Origin: Camelus ferus
Lineage: Eukaryota
Direction of reading: 5' to 3'
NCBI RefSeq assembly: GCF_009834535.1
Contig: NC_045707.1
Coordinates: 51,276,001-51,340,000, forward strand
Length of the DNA: 64,000 nt
Every line of letters starts with the position of its first letter. Position 1 is the stretch's first letter. The notes beneath the pieces are model-generated. The model saw only the letters and a list, made by a program, of their open reading frames with translations, was not told where the DNA came from and did not search any database. Shown piece after piece: positions 63,321-64,000 of the stretch. The position numbers were made by a program, and so were the translations under genes.

Positions 63321-63691
63321 ATGACTTTCAGAATAAAAGGGATATTATTTTGAATTAATAAAATGTTATTTTCTTGTCTTTTTTGGTCAAAAAAGATCCC
63401 ACAAATAATGTATTAGTTTTAATAACTTCTCAATTTAAATTTGGGCAAATAAATTTTTTTTTAGGAAAATAAGGACAATAGTAATGCTGATCCTTACAGA
63501 GAAGTATTCTTAAAATATTTTGTTTTCCTGCATAAGTATGTTTTCTTAATTCCTTATTAGACTGTGATTTCCTTGAGAGCAGAAATATTTCTTAAGTGAT
63601 CAGTCTTTATATAGCACTTTGGGGAATTTTTATAGCATTGTATAGAAATATTTTACAAACACAAGGCATGGTAGTGATGCAGGAAAACAGA

Positions 63692-64000
63692 TGTAGGGTG
63701 TGAGGAGGGCTGTGTCCCCGGCTTCAGTTGAGACCCTGGGACGTGCCCCGCCAAGTGTGGGTCCTTGGCTTCACGCAGGAAAGAATTCAAGAGCGAACCA
63801 CAGTTGAGTAAAGGTAGATTATTCAGAGAGATACATTGAAAGACAAGAGAAAGGCCGCAAGGTGTGGGCGTTGGGTGCTCAGATTAAAAATAGGTACACA
63901 CTCCATAGATGGAGTGCAGGCAGTCTCCAAACAGAGAGAGAGGTGGCTGTGAGGAGGCGCTGTGTTGCTAGTTTTTATGTGCTTGGTGGCTTCATGTGCT
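63692..64000 (-). mobile_element. Younger ERV1-type LTR, cut by window end
   Basis: GC- and CpG-retaining block: gggtccttggcttcacgcaggaaagaattcaagagcgaaccacag...agagagatacattg...acactccatag. Confidence 0.75.

Noticed and set aside
1..64000. CRISPR array, operon or prokaryotic defence system
   Set aside because: The sequence is mammalian, with no repeat-spacer arrays or dense coding regions.

Overview
AT-rich, CpG-depleted mammalian DNA with no recognisable complete protein-coding gene, RNA gene or CpG island. Much of it is decayed transposable elements: L1, L2, CR1/L3, MIR, MaLR/ERVL/ERV1 LTRs and hAT DNA transposons. Family names are assigned by eye from remembered consensus features, so boundaries are approximate. 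A tRNA-derived SINE at ~42.7 kb and a young L1 3' end at ~18.1 kb resemble camelid families, and no Alu, B1/B2, Bov-tA or PRE-1 was recognised, so the source is probably a camel or alpaca-like species. Every L1 piece I could orient is on the minus strand, which suggests a long intron of a gene transcribed on the + strand. The listed ORFs are spurious apart from decayed L1 ORF2 fragments. The best leads are a well-formed 23-nt candidate micro-exon (55345-55367), a candidate 9-nt micro-exon or recursive splice site (57713-57722), a young L1 with an 18-bp 3' transduction, a tail-less L1 ORF2 fragment, an LTR-int-LTR MaLR provirus with a nested LTR, a near-consensus CTCF site and a nuclear-receptor motif cluster. 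I found no convincing evidence of a wholly new biological system.
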